Notes: generated by a model not told the origin, from the letters alone. Shown: positions 1 to 9,806, counted from the stretch's first letter. The stretch: DNA of 45,628 nt from an uncultured Bacilli bacterium (GCA_944329205.1 CALVHY010000053.1:1-45628), one strand, 5' to 3'. Translations and numbers: made by a program.

Positions 1-75
1 ATGGGAACAGCAAACTGGGGTGTACCCATAAATATGGTTTTAATCATTTGTTTATCACCAATACTATTTTATCAA

Positions 76-106
76 ATAAAAAGAGTTACGTCTATACTAA
101 CTCTTT
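76..106 (-). terminator. Probable intrinsic terminator downstream of surface-protein paralogue A
   Basis: 9-bp perfect inverted repeat aaagagtta (80-88) / taactcttt (98-106) with a 9-nt loop. On the minus strand it is followed by a U-rich tract (TTATTTGAT). It lies 42 nt after the stop at 148. Confidence 0.45.
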
Positions 107-147
107 AAGCTTAGTTTAAAAGCAGCCTTTTTTATTTTACATATACT

Positions 148-1467
148 TTACGAAACCACTACGAAGGGGTCAGTAGACGACCCTGTACCAATTAATACAA
201 CATCAGACCTTAGGTTTAAGACAGGACGGACGCCTAATGAGTAAGTCACGAAGTTATCATGGTCCAGGCTGCCATCCGAAGCCACCCGAAACACGTAACT
301 ATAGACGCCCAAACTGTTTGTGTGAGCCGGAGACATTGTCCAATATGCACTGCCCGTATGTAAATAATAGCCACCATTTGAATTATCTGCTCCTCCGGCA
401 TAAGCTGCTTCATCCGCCGTGATTAATCCGACGGGATAAGTTAACGCTTCATTCCCTATTCCTGCGCCATCGACGGTATATAGATCATTATCAGGATCAG
501 GGCAATCATATGTTGGGATTTTATTCCAAGTCAACCTATACATTGCTCCATAATATGTTGTCGTGGTTCCGGTTCCGCCCGTATCATTTGGTGCTCCCCC
601 ATTTGTTGTAGTTGATGTTCGATCACCACAGAATCCCGTTGTTGTTGATATCTTACTCGTGTACTCGCTATAAATTTCTATATTATCTTGATACCATTCA
701 TCTACTCTTCTTTTAATTGCACTACTAGACCCTAGTCCATGCACTTGTCCACTTGTATACATATATCCTACATACATGTTATTATTATACGAACTATTGA
801 AGGCACTGGCACTTGGCAATTGACTTCCTGTGTCAGTAGTACTGGTGCCATTATATATAATTCTCACTGTGCCATCGCCATTGATCCTGATGATTCGCCA
901 GTAGAATCCTGCAAAGGAAAGCCAGTTTTCAGTGGTGTTCCCGGCAAAGTAATAACTTGTTCCATCCCCATCCGGGGCTTGATATATCGTGCCATTAGTG
1001 TTTGTAGTCAATATTGTACTAAAGTCTATTCTTTCTTGGATTGTTTTATCTGCTAATATTACTTCGGATAAAACGTATATATCAAAATACAAATAACATT
1101 TAGTCCCCTTATCTGTCATTGGAGTTACAGTTAAAGCTTGAGTTGTTATATCATAGTTTAAACTAATTGATGTATCTTTTTCACCATTAACTTCACAATA
1201 ACTTTCGCTACTGTTTAATATGTATTCGCTTGTGGGGGCAGTATCAACGCTTACATATTCCCCTGCTTCATTTTCTTGATACATAGCAATAACATTTAAA
1301 TCAGCATTATTAAATGTAATAGTTCCATTAATTAGAGGAATACTTTGGGTAGTTCGATATTTTGCTCTTGTAAAGTTTAGGATTAAGGTTGTGATTAACG
1401 CTATGACGATTACTCCTATGATGATGTTTCTTGGTAAGTTGTTGGTTTTTAATCTTTCTATTTTCAT
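148..1467 (-). CDS. N-terminally membrane-anchored surface protein, paralogue A (constant leader module + type-1 head domain); function unknown
   Basis: 439-aa ORF. It has a short basic tip (MKIERLKTNNLPRN) and one TM helix (IIIGVIVIALITTLILNF). A two-Cys beta-rich module follows (PLINGTITF...ESYCEVNG...KGTKCYLYFD), shared with 20784-22091 and 37462-38883. The Gly/Thr/Ser-rich head carries WRIIRINGDGTVRIIYNG, GFCGDR, VGLITADEAAYAGG, YWTMSP and GVRPVLNL, and aligns along its full length with 20784-22091. RBS AGAGGTA lies 3 nt before the ATG. The motif skeleton recalls DUF6273-type extracellular domains (from memory, not searched). Confidence 0.85.
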   Translation of the reverse strand: MKIERLKTNNLPRNIIIGVIVIALITTLILNFTRAKYRTTQSIPLINGTITFNNADLNVIAMYQENEAGEYVSVDTAPTSEYILNSSESYCEVNGEKDTSISLNYDITTQALTVTPMTDKGTKCYLYFDIYVLSEVILADKTIQERIDFSTILTTNTNGTIYQAPDGDGTSYYFAGNTTENWLSFAGFYWRIIRINGDGTVRIIYNGTSTTDTGSQLPSASAFNSSYNNNMYVGYMYTSGQVHGLGSSSAIKRRVDEWYQDNIEIYSEYTSKISTTTGFCGDRTSTTTNGGAPNDTGGTGTTTTYYGAMYRLTWNKIPTYDCPDPDNDLYTVDGAGIGNEALTYPVGLITADEAAYAGGADNSNGGYYLHTGSAYWTMSPAHTNSLGVYSYVFRVASDGSLDHDNFVTYSLGVRPVLNLRSDVVLIGTGSSTDPFVVVS

Positions 1468-1643
1468 TTTTACCTCTTTCTTAGGGAAGGTCTACTTCAT
1501 TTTCTAAATAAATTAAAACAAATATAATATATCCATATAGTTATATATATAGTATATATCCATTTGGTTATATAGTCAAGCAAATATTTTTATGATGTGT
1601 AAAATAAGATTAGAGGTATTGTATGAAAATAGAAAGATTAAAA
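1447..1643. repeat. Perfect 21-bp inverted repeat (arms 1447-1467 and 1623-1643) bracketing the 155-bp divergent control region
   Basis: The reverse complement of 1447-1467 is ATGAAAATAGAAAGATTAAAA, identical to 1623-1643. The arms are the first 7 codons (MKIERLK) of both divergent genes. Both are preceded by AGAGGTA at 3 and 4 nt. Confidence 0.9.
1528..1574. promoter_or_regulatory. Two 20-bp direct repeats, candidate operator for the adjacent XRE protein
   Basis: tatatccatatagttatata (1528-1547) and tatatccatttggttatata (1555-1574) match at 18 of 20 positions, with starts 27 bp apart. Each is partly palindromic. A homologous pair exists in locus 3 (38934-38984), also followed by AGTCAA. Confidence 0.5.
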
Positions 1644-1859
1644 GAAATTAGAGAAGATAAAGATCTTCTCCAAAAAGATATTGCTAAAATATTAAATATT
1701 ACACAAGTTCAATATTCTCGTTATGAAACAGGAATGAGAGTAATACCAGTATATCATCTTGAAAAATTAGCTCGTTTTTATAATACATCAATTGACTATT
1801 TAATTGGTCTTACCGATGAAAGATCACCTTATCCTAAAAGCATATTAAGTAATAAATGA
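1623..1859 (+). CDS. XRE-family helix-turn-helix transcriptional regulator (cassette regulator 1)
   Basis: 78 aa. It has the typical Cro/CI-type HTH (LLQKDIAKILNITQVQYSRYETG) and is a paralogue of 39038-39271, with the same C-terminal tail (IDYLIGLTDERSPYPKSIL). RBS AGAGGTA is present. It is divergent from 148-1467. Confidence 0.9.
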   Translation: MKIERLKEIREDKDLLQKDIAKILNITQVQYSRYETGMRVIPVYHLEKLARFYNTSIDYLIGLTDERSPYPKSILSNK

Positions 1860-1870
1860 TATGCTTTTTA
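1838..1870. terminator. Hairpin terminator at the convergent junction of the XRE gene and the DUF421 gene
   Basis: aagcatat (1838-1845) pairs with atatgctt (1859-1866), a perfect 8 bp, followed by a T run. It overlaps the XRE stop codon. Confidence 0.5.
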
Positions 1871-2518
1871 TTTTATGGTTTCACTTTTTTTAACAAGATA
1901 TATTTTGCCACTGCGATAAAAAGCATAAAAGACATCTTTTAAGGCTAATTTTTTCTTTTTTAGTTCTTGTTCCAACCAGACTTTGGTTTTATGTATATAT
2001 TTTAAGGCTTTATCTTGAATTGTTCCATCTACAATTAAAGGCATGGGATAAGCACTTTTAATCTTAAAGAAATTATATTTAAAGATAGATAATTTACCAT
2101 TTGGCTCTAAAAAGGCATATTCAACTTCTTCAATATTTCTTATTTCTTTTTGCCTTAAACTAAGAAGTAAATCATCCATACTGTATCTTTGCTTAACCAT
2201 TTCATGATAATTTATTTTACCATTTACAATAATTAATGAAGGTTTACCGCCAAAAATAGTTCTAAATGTTCGGGATTTAATGGAGATGTAAGCTAGTAAT
2301 AATTCAAGAATGACTAAAAGGGTTATAGGAGCTATGGTAAGAATAATTGAATCATTGCTGTTTTCAATACTAATGGCTACTAATTCAGCGATTAATATAG
2401 ATACGATTAAATCAATTATTCCTAATTGACCTATTTCTCTTTTACCCATTATACGATAAGCTAGGGTTATAAAGAAGTAAAAGAAAAGAGTTCTAAACAT
2501 GACATTAAATAATTCCAT
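1868..2518 (-). CDS. DUF421 (YetF/YrbG-like) membrane protein
   Basis: 216 aa. The N-terminal TM region has the GKREIGQLGIIDLIVSILIAE motif typical of the DUF421 family of spore formers. The C-terminal part is a soluble domain. Confidence 0.75.
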   Translation of the reverse strand: MELFNVMFRTLFFYFFITLAYRIMGKREIGQLGIIDLIVSILIAELVAISIENSNDSIILTIAPITLLVILELLLAYISIKSRTFRTIFGGKPSLIIVNGKINYHEMVKQRYSMDDLLLSLRQKEIRNIEEVEYAFLEPNGKLSIFKYNFFKIKSAYPMPLIVDGTIQDKALKYIHKTKVWLEQELKKKKLALKDVFYAFYRSGKIYLVKKSETIK

Positions 2519-2590
2519 TATATCACCTATAATTATTATGTTAAAAGTAATATTATTTTAATCATGTAATATAATTTAGCAGGTGATTTT

Positions 2591-2965
2591 ATGTATAAAA
2601 TATTGGAATATTTGAAATATTTAGGTTTGTTTTTGCTTTTAGTAGTGGGTATTGCTATTATTACATCTTTAATTAGTTTAACCGGTTTAAATAGCGTAGT
2701 AATAAGTAAAGTATCCGTTATATTAACCGCTATAAGTTTTTTAATTATTACAGCCCTTGCTAGTCATAAGACAAAAGAAAGAGGAATAATACTAGGTTTG
2801 AAACTGGGTTTAGCTTGTATAATATTATTGGTTTTAATTAATTTAATTGTATTTAAAAGTTCTTTTAATATCGACAGAATAATTTATTATACTATATTAT
2901 TAGCAAGTGGTTTATTAGGGGGATCATTGGGGAAAAATATTAAGTTAAAGAAAAAACTTAAGTAA
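2591..2965 (+). CDS. Small polytopic membrane protein (about 4 TM), function unknown
   Basis: 124-aa hydrophobic ORF with an AGGTGA RBS and no recognisable catalytic motif. Confidence 0.6.
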   Translation: MYKILEYLKYLGLFLLLVVGIAIITSLISLTGLNSVVISKVSVILTAISFLIITALASHKTKERGIILGLKLGLACIILLVLINLIVFKSSFNIDRIIYYTILLASGLLGGSLGKNIKLKKKLK

Positions 2966-2978
2966 TAATAAACTTAAG

Positions 2979-5159
<2,181 letters not shown>

Positions 5160-5222
5160 CTGTCTAATTAAATTATAAAAAAAGAATGATAGTTTGGCAA
5201 GTATTAAATGATAAATACTTTA

Positions 5223-6110
5223 TTATTTTTTGCTTCGAGGATGCGTTTTTTGATAAATATTTTTAAGATGATCAGCGGTTATGTGGGTATATATTTGGGT
5301 AGTACTTAAAGATTCGTGGCCGAGAAGTTCACCAACACTACGGATGTCAGCACCCTCATTTAGAAGATCTGTAGCAAAAGTGTGGCGAAGGGTGTGAGGG
5401 GTTACTTTGTTTAAAATATTATTTTTTAAAGCATATTTTTTTACTATTTGCTCAACACTGCGAACACTTAATTTCCCTGTTTTACTAGTTAGCAAGTAGT
5501 CACTATAAAGACCATTTAAAAGCTCTTTTCGAATTTTTTTTATATATAAGTCGAATAAAACAGGATCGCACGCTTCATAAAAAACGATTCGCTCTTTATT
5601 TCCTTTGCCCATGACTCTTAAAGTTTTTTCTTTAAAATCAAGATCTTGTAATTTGATGTTACATAATTCACTTACCCGCAGACCAGTAGCATATAAAAAT
5701 TCAATAATAAATAAATTACGATAATCTAAAGTGCTTTTAAAAGTTAGAGGATGAAGCATCTCATCTCTTTCACTGTGATTTAGAAAATTAGGTAATTTTT
5801 TAATGACTTTGGGATTTTTGATGGTGGCAAAAGGATTGATCAAGATGGATTTTATTTCGACTAAATAATGATAAAAGGATCTTACCGCGCTTAAATATAA
5901 AGAAGATGTTTTACTTTCATAGCCTAAACTTACTAAATAAGCTTTATATTGATTGGCTTGGTCTTTATTGATTTGGTTAAAAGAATAATGCTTGGTGGCT
6001 AAAAATAAGCTATATTTTTTTAAAGCTTCTTCATAAGTATTAATGGTTTTAGCAGAGTAATTAAGTTCAAGACGCAAATACTCTAAAAAAGAATTAACAT
6101 AACTATTCAT
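5223..6110 (-). CDS. Site-specific tyrosine recombinase, XerC/XerD type
   Basis: 295 aa. The N-terminal SAM-like domain reads FLEYLRLELNYSAKTINTYEEAL. The catalytic signature is ATGLRVSEL, HTLRHTFATDLL, LGHESLSTTQIYTH. Confidence 0.92.
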   Translation of the reverse strand: MNSYVNSFLEYLRLELNYSAKTINTYEEALKKYSLFLATKHYSFNQINKDQANQYKAYLVSLGYESKTSSLYLSAVRSFYHYLVEIKSILINPFATIKNPKVIKKLPNFLNHSERDEMLHPLTFKSTLDYRNLFIIEFLYATGLRVSELCNIKLQDLDFKEKTLRVMGKGNKERIVFYEACDPVLFDLYIKKIRKELLNGLYSDYLLTSKTGKLSVRSVEQIVKKYALKNNILNKVTPHTLRHTFATDLLNEGADIRSVGELLGHESLSTTQIYTHITADHLKNIYQKTHPRSKK

Positions 6111-6573
6111 GTAAATATAAATATAGCTTTCTTTGAATTAAATAAGGAAGATGACCTATAATACTTAAAAATTCTTCTTTAGTTTTAGCATTTTTTATTT
6201 GGGCAAGTAGTTTATTATCAATTTTTTTGGTTAAAAAATTAACTATTTTATTAACAAATAACTTATCAGAATAATTTAAGTTTAATAAACCCCACATGTC
6301 ATAATCATAATCTTTGGTTAAGGCAGCCATTTTCCTGGTGTTTTTGTTTTCATAGTAAATGATTATTAAAGGCATATTATCTTCGACGTTTAATAAATTA
6401 GCTTCTTTTATGGCTTCTATTATTTCCTTTTTATAAAAGCGTTGCGTAAAAGCATCTAATTCTTCTAAATTAGTTGTTGTATATTGATTAGACATTTTTA
6501 AATCTAATAAATTAATAGGAAAATAATTTTTGGGTTTTACTTCCACAGCTAAATAATATTTATTTTCCATCAA
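6103..6573 (-). CDS. Hypothetical protein, translationally coupled to the Xer-type recombinase
   Basis: 156-aa ORF whose stop overlaps the recombinase start by 8 nt. No motif recognised. Confidence 0.55.
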   Translation of the reverse strand: MMENKYYLAVEVKPKNYFPINLLDLKMSNQYTTTNLEELDAFTQRFYKKEIIEAIKEANLLNVEDNMPLIIIYYENKNTRKMAALTKDYDYDMWGLLNLNYSDKLFVNKIVNFLTKKIDNKLLAQIKNAKTKEEFLSIIGHLPYLIQRKLYLYLHE

Positions 6574-6619
6574 ACCACTCCTTATTAAAAGTATAACACT
6601 TAAATTTAAACTTGTAAAA

Positions 6620-7569
6620 CTATATTAATAAATAAGCATAATAAAAAGCAAATATTCCAAGCATGATTATTGCCTCTTTTCTAGTTATCGTTTTCTCGCT
6701 TCTTGCAAAGATGAAAAGCAAGAATGAAGATAAAAAGAGAATGACAATATCAACTAGGCCAAAGCCATTTAAGGTCATGTCTCCATAAATAACGATAGGA
6801 AGGCCTAAAACAATACAGATATTAAATATATTGGTACCGATAATATTACCTAAAGCCATATCAAATTCCCCTTTTCTAGCGCTGGTAATAGTCATAACCA
6901 TCTCGAGTAAGCTTGTGCCAATGACAACGGCAACCATTGTAATAATTTTATCACTCACATTTAATGCTTCGGCAATATTAGTAGCATTATCTACAATTAA
7001 ATCACTACTATAGATAATTAGTAAAATAGATACAATAATTAAAATAAGGGCTAAATATATAGGATATTTAACTTCTTCTTTTTTTCTATTTCTTTTTTGC
7101 GCATAACCATATTAACCAAATATAGGACAAAAATCATAAAAACTAATATCAAAATTAAGCCATCACTTCTTGAAAAAGTATTAGGTGTAAGAGGATTAAA
7201 CATACTATCAAACATTAAAATGGCAAAGCAAGTTGTAACCAAAAATAAAATTGGTAGTTCTTTTTTGATAGTGATATGCTTTACTTTAATTGGTTTGATA
7301 AAACTAGCAATCCCAATGATGAAAAACACATTAACAATGGAGCTACCTACAATATTGGCAAAAGCCATCTCCGCGTTTTTGAGGGCCACACTTCGAAAAG
7401 AAATAGCCATTTCCGGAGCACTGGTTCCAAAAGCAACGATCGTAAGGGCAATAAGCATTTTGGGAACACCCATCCTTGTGGCTAAGCTTGATGCGGCATC
7501 TACTAATATATCACTTGCTTTAATAATAACAATAAAACCAATAATTAAAAATACGACTGCCATATTCAT
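6620..7569 (-). pseudogene. Ca2+/cation antiporter (CaCA, YrbG-like) split by a 1-nt frameshift at a homopolymer
   Basis: 7051-7569 encodes the first alpha-repeat half (GTSAPEMAISF). 6620-6958 encodes the second (GTSLLEM...ALGNIIGTNIFNI). By hand translation the second frame stays open upstream through 7081 (KEEVKYPIYLALILIIVSILLIIYSSDLIVDNATNIAEALNVSDK). The two frames meet at the A7 run (plus-strand T7 at 7079-7085). One extra A would fuse them into a normal-length protein. Confidence 0.8.
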
Positions 7570-7640
7570 CTATCCTTATAAATATTTTACACGATAATTA
7601 GAAAAATTAAAAGTTTTTTTCAAAAGCTTAAGAAAAAAAC

Positions 7641-7669
7641 TTGACTTTAAATATTAACAATGATATATT
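7641..7669 (+). promoter_or_regulatory. Sigma-A-type promoter of the tRNA pair
   Basis: TTGACT (7641-7646), 17 nt, TATATT (7664-7669), about 18 nt upstream of the first tRNA. A 9-bp perfect palindrome, attaacaat-N5-attgttaat (7653-7675), overlaps the -10. Confidence 0.6.
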
Positions 7670-7686
7670 GTTAATGCGTACAAATT

Positions 7687-7763
7687 GGACCTCTAGCTCA
7701 GTTGGTTAGAGCATCCGGCTCATAACCGGGCGGTCGTAGGTTCGAGTCCTACGAGGTCCACCA
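7687..7763 (+). tRNA. tRNA with anticodon CAT (Met by anticodon; sequence resembles the lysidine-modified tRNA-Ile2 of Bacillus)
   Basis: Cloverleaf folded by hand: acceptor GGACCTC/GAGGTCC, anticodon loop CTCATAA, T-loop GGTTCGAGTCC, encoded CCA. The backbone is close to B. subtilis tRNA-Ile(CAU) as I remember it. Confidence 0.9.
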
Positions 7764-7767
7764 GCTT

Positions 7768-7852
7768 GCACGTGTGGCGGAATTGGTAGACGCACTAGAC
7801 TTAGGATCTAGCGGTTAATTCCATGGGGGTTCGAGTCCCTTCACGTGCACCA
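7768..7852 (+). tRNA. tRNA-Leu (anticodon TAG)
   Basis: Acceptor GCACGTG/CACGTGC, anticodon stem CTAGA/TCTAG with loop CTTAGGA, long variable arm, T-arm GGGGGTTCGAGTCCCTT, encoded CCA. Confidence 0.93.
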
Positions 7853-7865
7853 AATAGTGTTTCAA

Positions 7866-7891
7866 AAGCTCTTATTTTAAGGGCTTTTTTT
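7866..7891 (+). terminator. Intrinsic terminator after the tRNA pair
   Basis: aagctctta (7866-7874) pairs with taagggctt (7878-7886), 9 bp including one G-U, followed by a T run to 7891. Confidence 0.7.
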
Positions 7892-7912
7892 AGACTTATT
7901 TTTGAATAAAGA

Positions 7913-7941
7913 TTGATTAAAAAGAGCTTTTAAGATATAAT
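7913..7941 (+). promoter_or_regulatory. Sigma-A-type promoter of the PP-loop ATPase gene
   Basis: TTGATT (7913-7918), 17 nt, TATAAT (7936-7941). RBS GGTGAGGTGA precedes the ATG at 7965. Confidence 0.6.
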
Positions 7942-7964
7942 ACGATTAATGGTGAGGTGAGCTC

Positions 7965-8789
7965 ATGGAAAGATATCAAGATATAGAAAGAAGTATTATC
8001 AAAAAGTATCGAAAAAATATTTGGTGTAAATTTACAAAAGCAATTAGAGATTATGAAATAATTCAAGATAATGATAAAATTATGGTATGTATAAGTGGGG
8101 GTAAAGATTCTTTTTTAATGGCAAAATGTTTTCAAGAGATTAAAAAACATGGGAAAGTAAATTTTGATGCTTATTATGTTGTAATGAATCCTGGATACAC
8201 TAAACAGCACTTAGAAGAAATTAAAACAAATGCTGAGATTTTAAATATTCCTATCGAAATATTTGAAAGTGATATTTTTGCCTCAGTAGAAGTTATAAAT
8301 CATAAAAGTCCTTGTTATATGTGTGCTAGAATGCGTAGAGGTCATTTGTATAATAAAGCAAGAGAGCTTGGTTGTAATAAAATAGCGTTAGGTCATCATT
8401 TTGATGATGTAATTGAAACTAATCTTTTATCCATGTTTTATGGGGCTGAAATTAAAACGATGCGTCCTAAACTTCATAGTACTAATTTTGAGGGATTGGA
8501 ACTTATTAGGCCAATGTATTTAATAAAAGAGCAAGATATTATAGCATGGAGTAAATACAATAATTTAACTTTCTTAAACTGTGCTTGTAAGATGACTTTA
8601 GAAAGTACAATTGATGAAGAAAAAAGTAAAAGAAAAGAAATTAAAAAATTAATTAATAACTTAAGAAAAACAAACCCTTATATTGACTATAATATATTTA
8701 AAAGCATGGAAAATATTAATTTAGATCAAATATTGGGTTATAAAAAAAATAATGAAAAACATTATTTCTTGGATGATTATGATAAATAG
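7965..8789 (+). CDS. ttcA: PP-loop ATPase, TtcA-like tRNA 2-thiocytidine biosynthesis protein
   Basis: 274 aa with the PP-loop SGGKDS preceded by IMVCI, plus CYMCARMRRGHLY and HHFDD motifs as in the TtcA family. Confidence 0.75.
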   Translation: MERYQDIERSIIKKYRKNIWCKFTKAIRDYEIIQDNDKIMVCISGGKDSFLMAKCFQEIKKHGKVNFDAYYVVMNPGYTKQHLEEIKTNAEILNIPIEIFESDIFASVEVINHKSPCYMCARMRRGHLYNKARELGCNKIALGHHFDDVIETNLLSMFYGAEIKTMRPKLHSTNFEGLELIRPMYLIKEQDIIAWSKYNNLTFLNCACKMTLESTIDEEKSKRKEIKKLINNLRKTNPYIDYNIFKSMENINLDQILGYKKNNEKHYFLDDYDK

Positions 8790-9806
8790 TTAATTAGCGG
8801 TTAATTCCTCTAATTTTTTTATAGCTTCATCAAAAGTAGAAACGCCGATAATAGTAAGATCATAATCTTTTTCGGCAGCGATACTTATAGCTTCTTCGTA
8901 ATTATCGCTTGGGCATAAAAAGAGGTCAGCATCGTTTTTTACGGCCCCAATAAGCTTGTATTTAACGCCACCTATAGCGCCTATTTGGCCATCAATGTCG
9001 ATGGTTCCTGTACCAACAATCTTTTTACCACCAGTTAAGTCTTCTTCAACTAACTGATCATAAATAGCTAAACTCATCATTAAGCCCCCACTAGATCCTA
9101 CTTCACTAGCTTTAGAATTTATGGTAACTTCAGGGTTGGTAACATATTCATAAGTAGTTAGAAGACTTACCCCTATTTTGGTGCCATCAGTTGTTTCATA
9201 AGTAGTAGCATAACACTCTTGATAGGTACCATCACGTTTTACCGTTAAGGTTACTTCGGTGCCTTCAGAAAGAGCAGAAATAATATTTTGTAAGTCTTCT
9301 AAAGAAGATACTTTAACGCCATTAACCATTTCGATGGCATCGCCAATTAAAAGATCAGTATCAGCTTCTTGGGCTATATAATTAACTTCATTAATGGTAC
9401 TAGTAATGACTAATTCTTGGCCTGCTTTTTGATAGGCATTAATAATGGCAGCATCCATACTACTTTGCATGCTAAGACGTTCGCGCTTTAGCATTTCATC
9501 CATGTCCTCACCTTCAATAGTAATATCTTCCTTAGCCACAATGTCCCAATCGGGAATGATGTAGGAAATAAGTAAAAAAGGAATTGAGCCTCTAACCATG
9601 GAGACATAAGCCATGTTAAAAGAGCCTTCTGATTCATAGCCATCTAAAACAACAATACGATCTTGTAAATTAACCGAACCTCCAGGGGCATATATAGAAA
9701 AGGGAAGTTCAATCATAAATAATAAAAAGACAATTATAATGGCAATTAAGCCTTTATAATTCTCTTTAATAAATTCTTTTATTTTTTCATATACTTTAGT
9801 AAACAA
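8790..9806 (-). CDS. SepM/YlbL-family membrane-anchored PDZ + Lon-like serine protease
   Basis: 338 aa with an N-terminal TM helix, a PDZ-like middle region (GDAIEMVNGVKVSSLEDL) and a Lon C-terminal-like domain (SSGGLMMSLAIYDQL...GTGTIDIDGQIGAIGGVKYK). Confidence 0.85.
   Translation of the reverse strand: MFTKVYEKIKEFIKENYKGLIAIIIVFLLFMIELPFSIYAPGGSVNLQDRIVVLDGYESEGSFNMAYVSMVRGSIPFLLISYIIPDWDIVAKEDITIEGEDMDEMLKRERLSMQSSMDAAIINAYQKAGQELVITSTINEVNYIAQEADTDLLIGDAIEMVNGVKVSSLEDLQNIISALSEGTEVTLTVKRDGTYQECYATTYETTDGTKIGVSLLTTYEYVTNPEVTINSKASEVGSSGGLMMSLAIYDQLVEEDLTGGKKIVGTGTIDIDGQIGAIGGVKYKLIGAVKNDADLFLCPSDNYEEAISIAAEKDYDLTIIGVSTFDEAIKKLEELTAN

Noticed and set aside
1-108. Open frame from position 1 to TAA at 106-108 (GTANWGVPINMVLIICLSPILFYQIKRVTSILTL)
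   Set aside because: It may be the hydrophobic C-terminus of a plus-strand membrane-protein gene cut by the window edge. At only 35 codons it is too short to identify or to tell apart from chance.
237-1056. ORFs 237-422 (+) and 739-1056 (+) from the track
   Set aside because: They lie entirely antisense within the well-supported surface-protein gene A. They have no RBS and a low-complexity, odd composition. They are shadow ORFs.
1380-1467. Reading the conserved N-termini of paralogues A, B and C as prepilin (class III) signal peptides, linking them to the pseudopilins at 10749-11712
   Set aside because: They lack the G/F-x-x-x-E cleavage/methylation motif that is obvious in the two true pseudopilins. 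They look like plain signal-anchors.
7097-7597. ORFs 7097-7597 (+) and 7276-7485 (+)
   Set aside because: They are antisense to the first half of the CaCA antiporter gene, whose motifs (GTSAPEM) clearly define the real coding strand.
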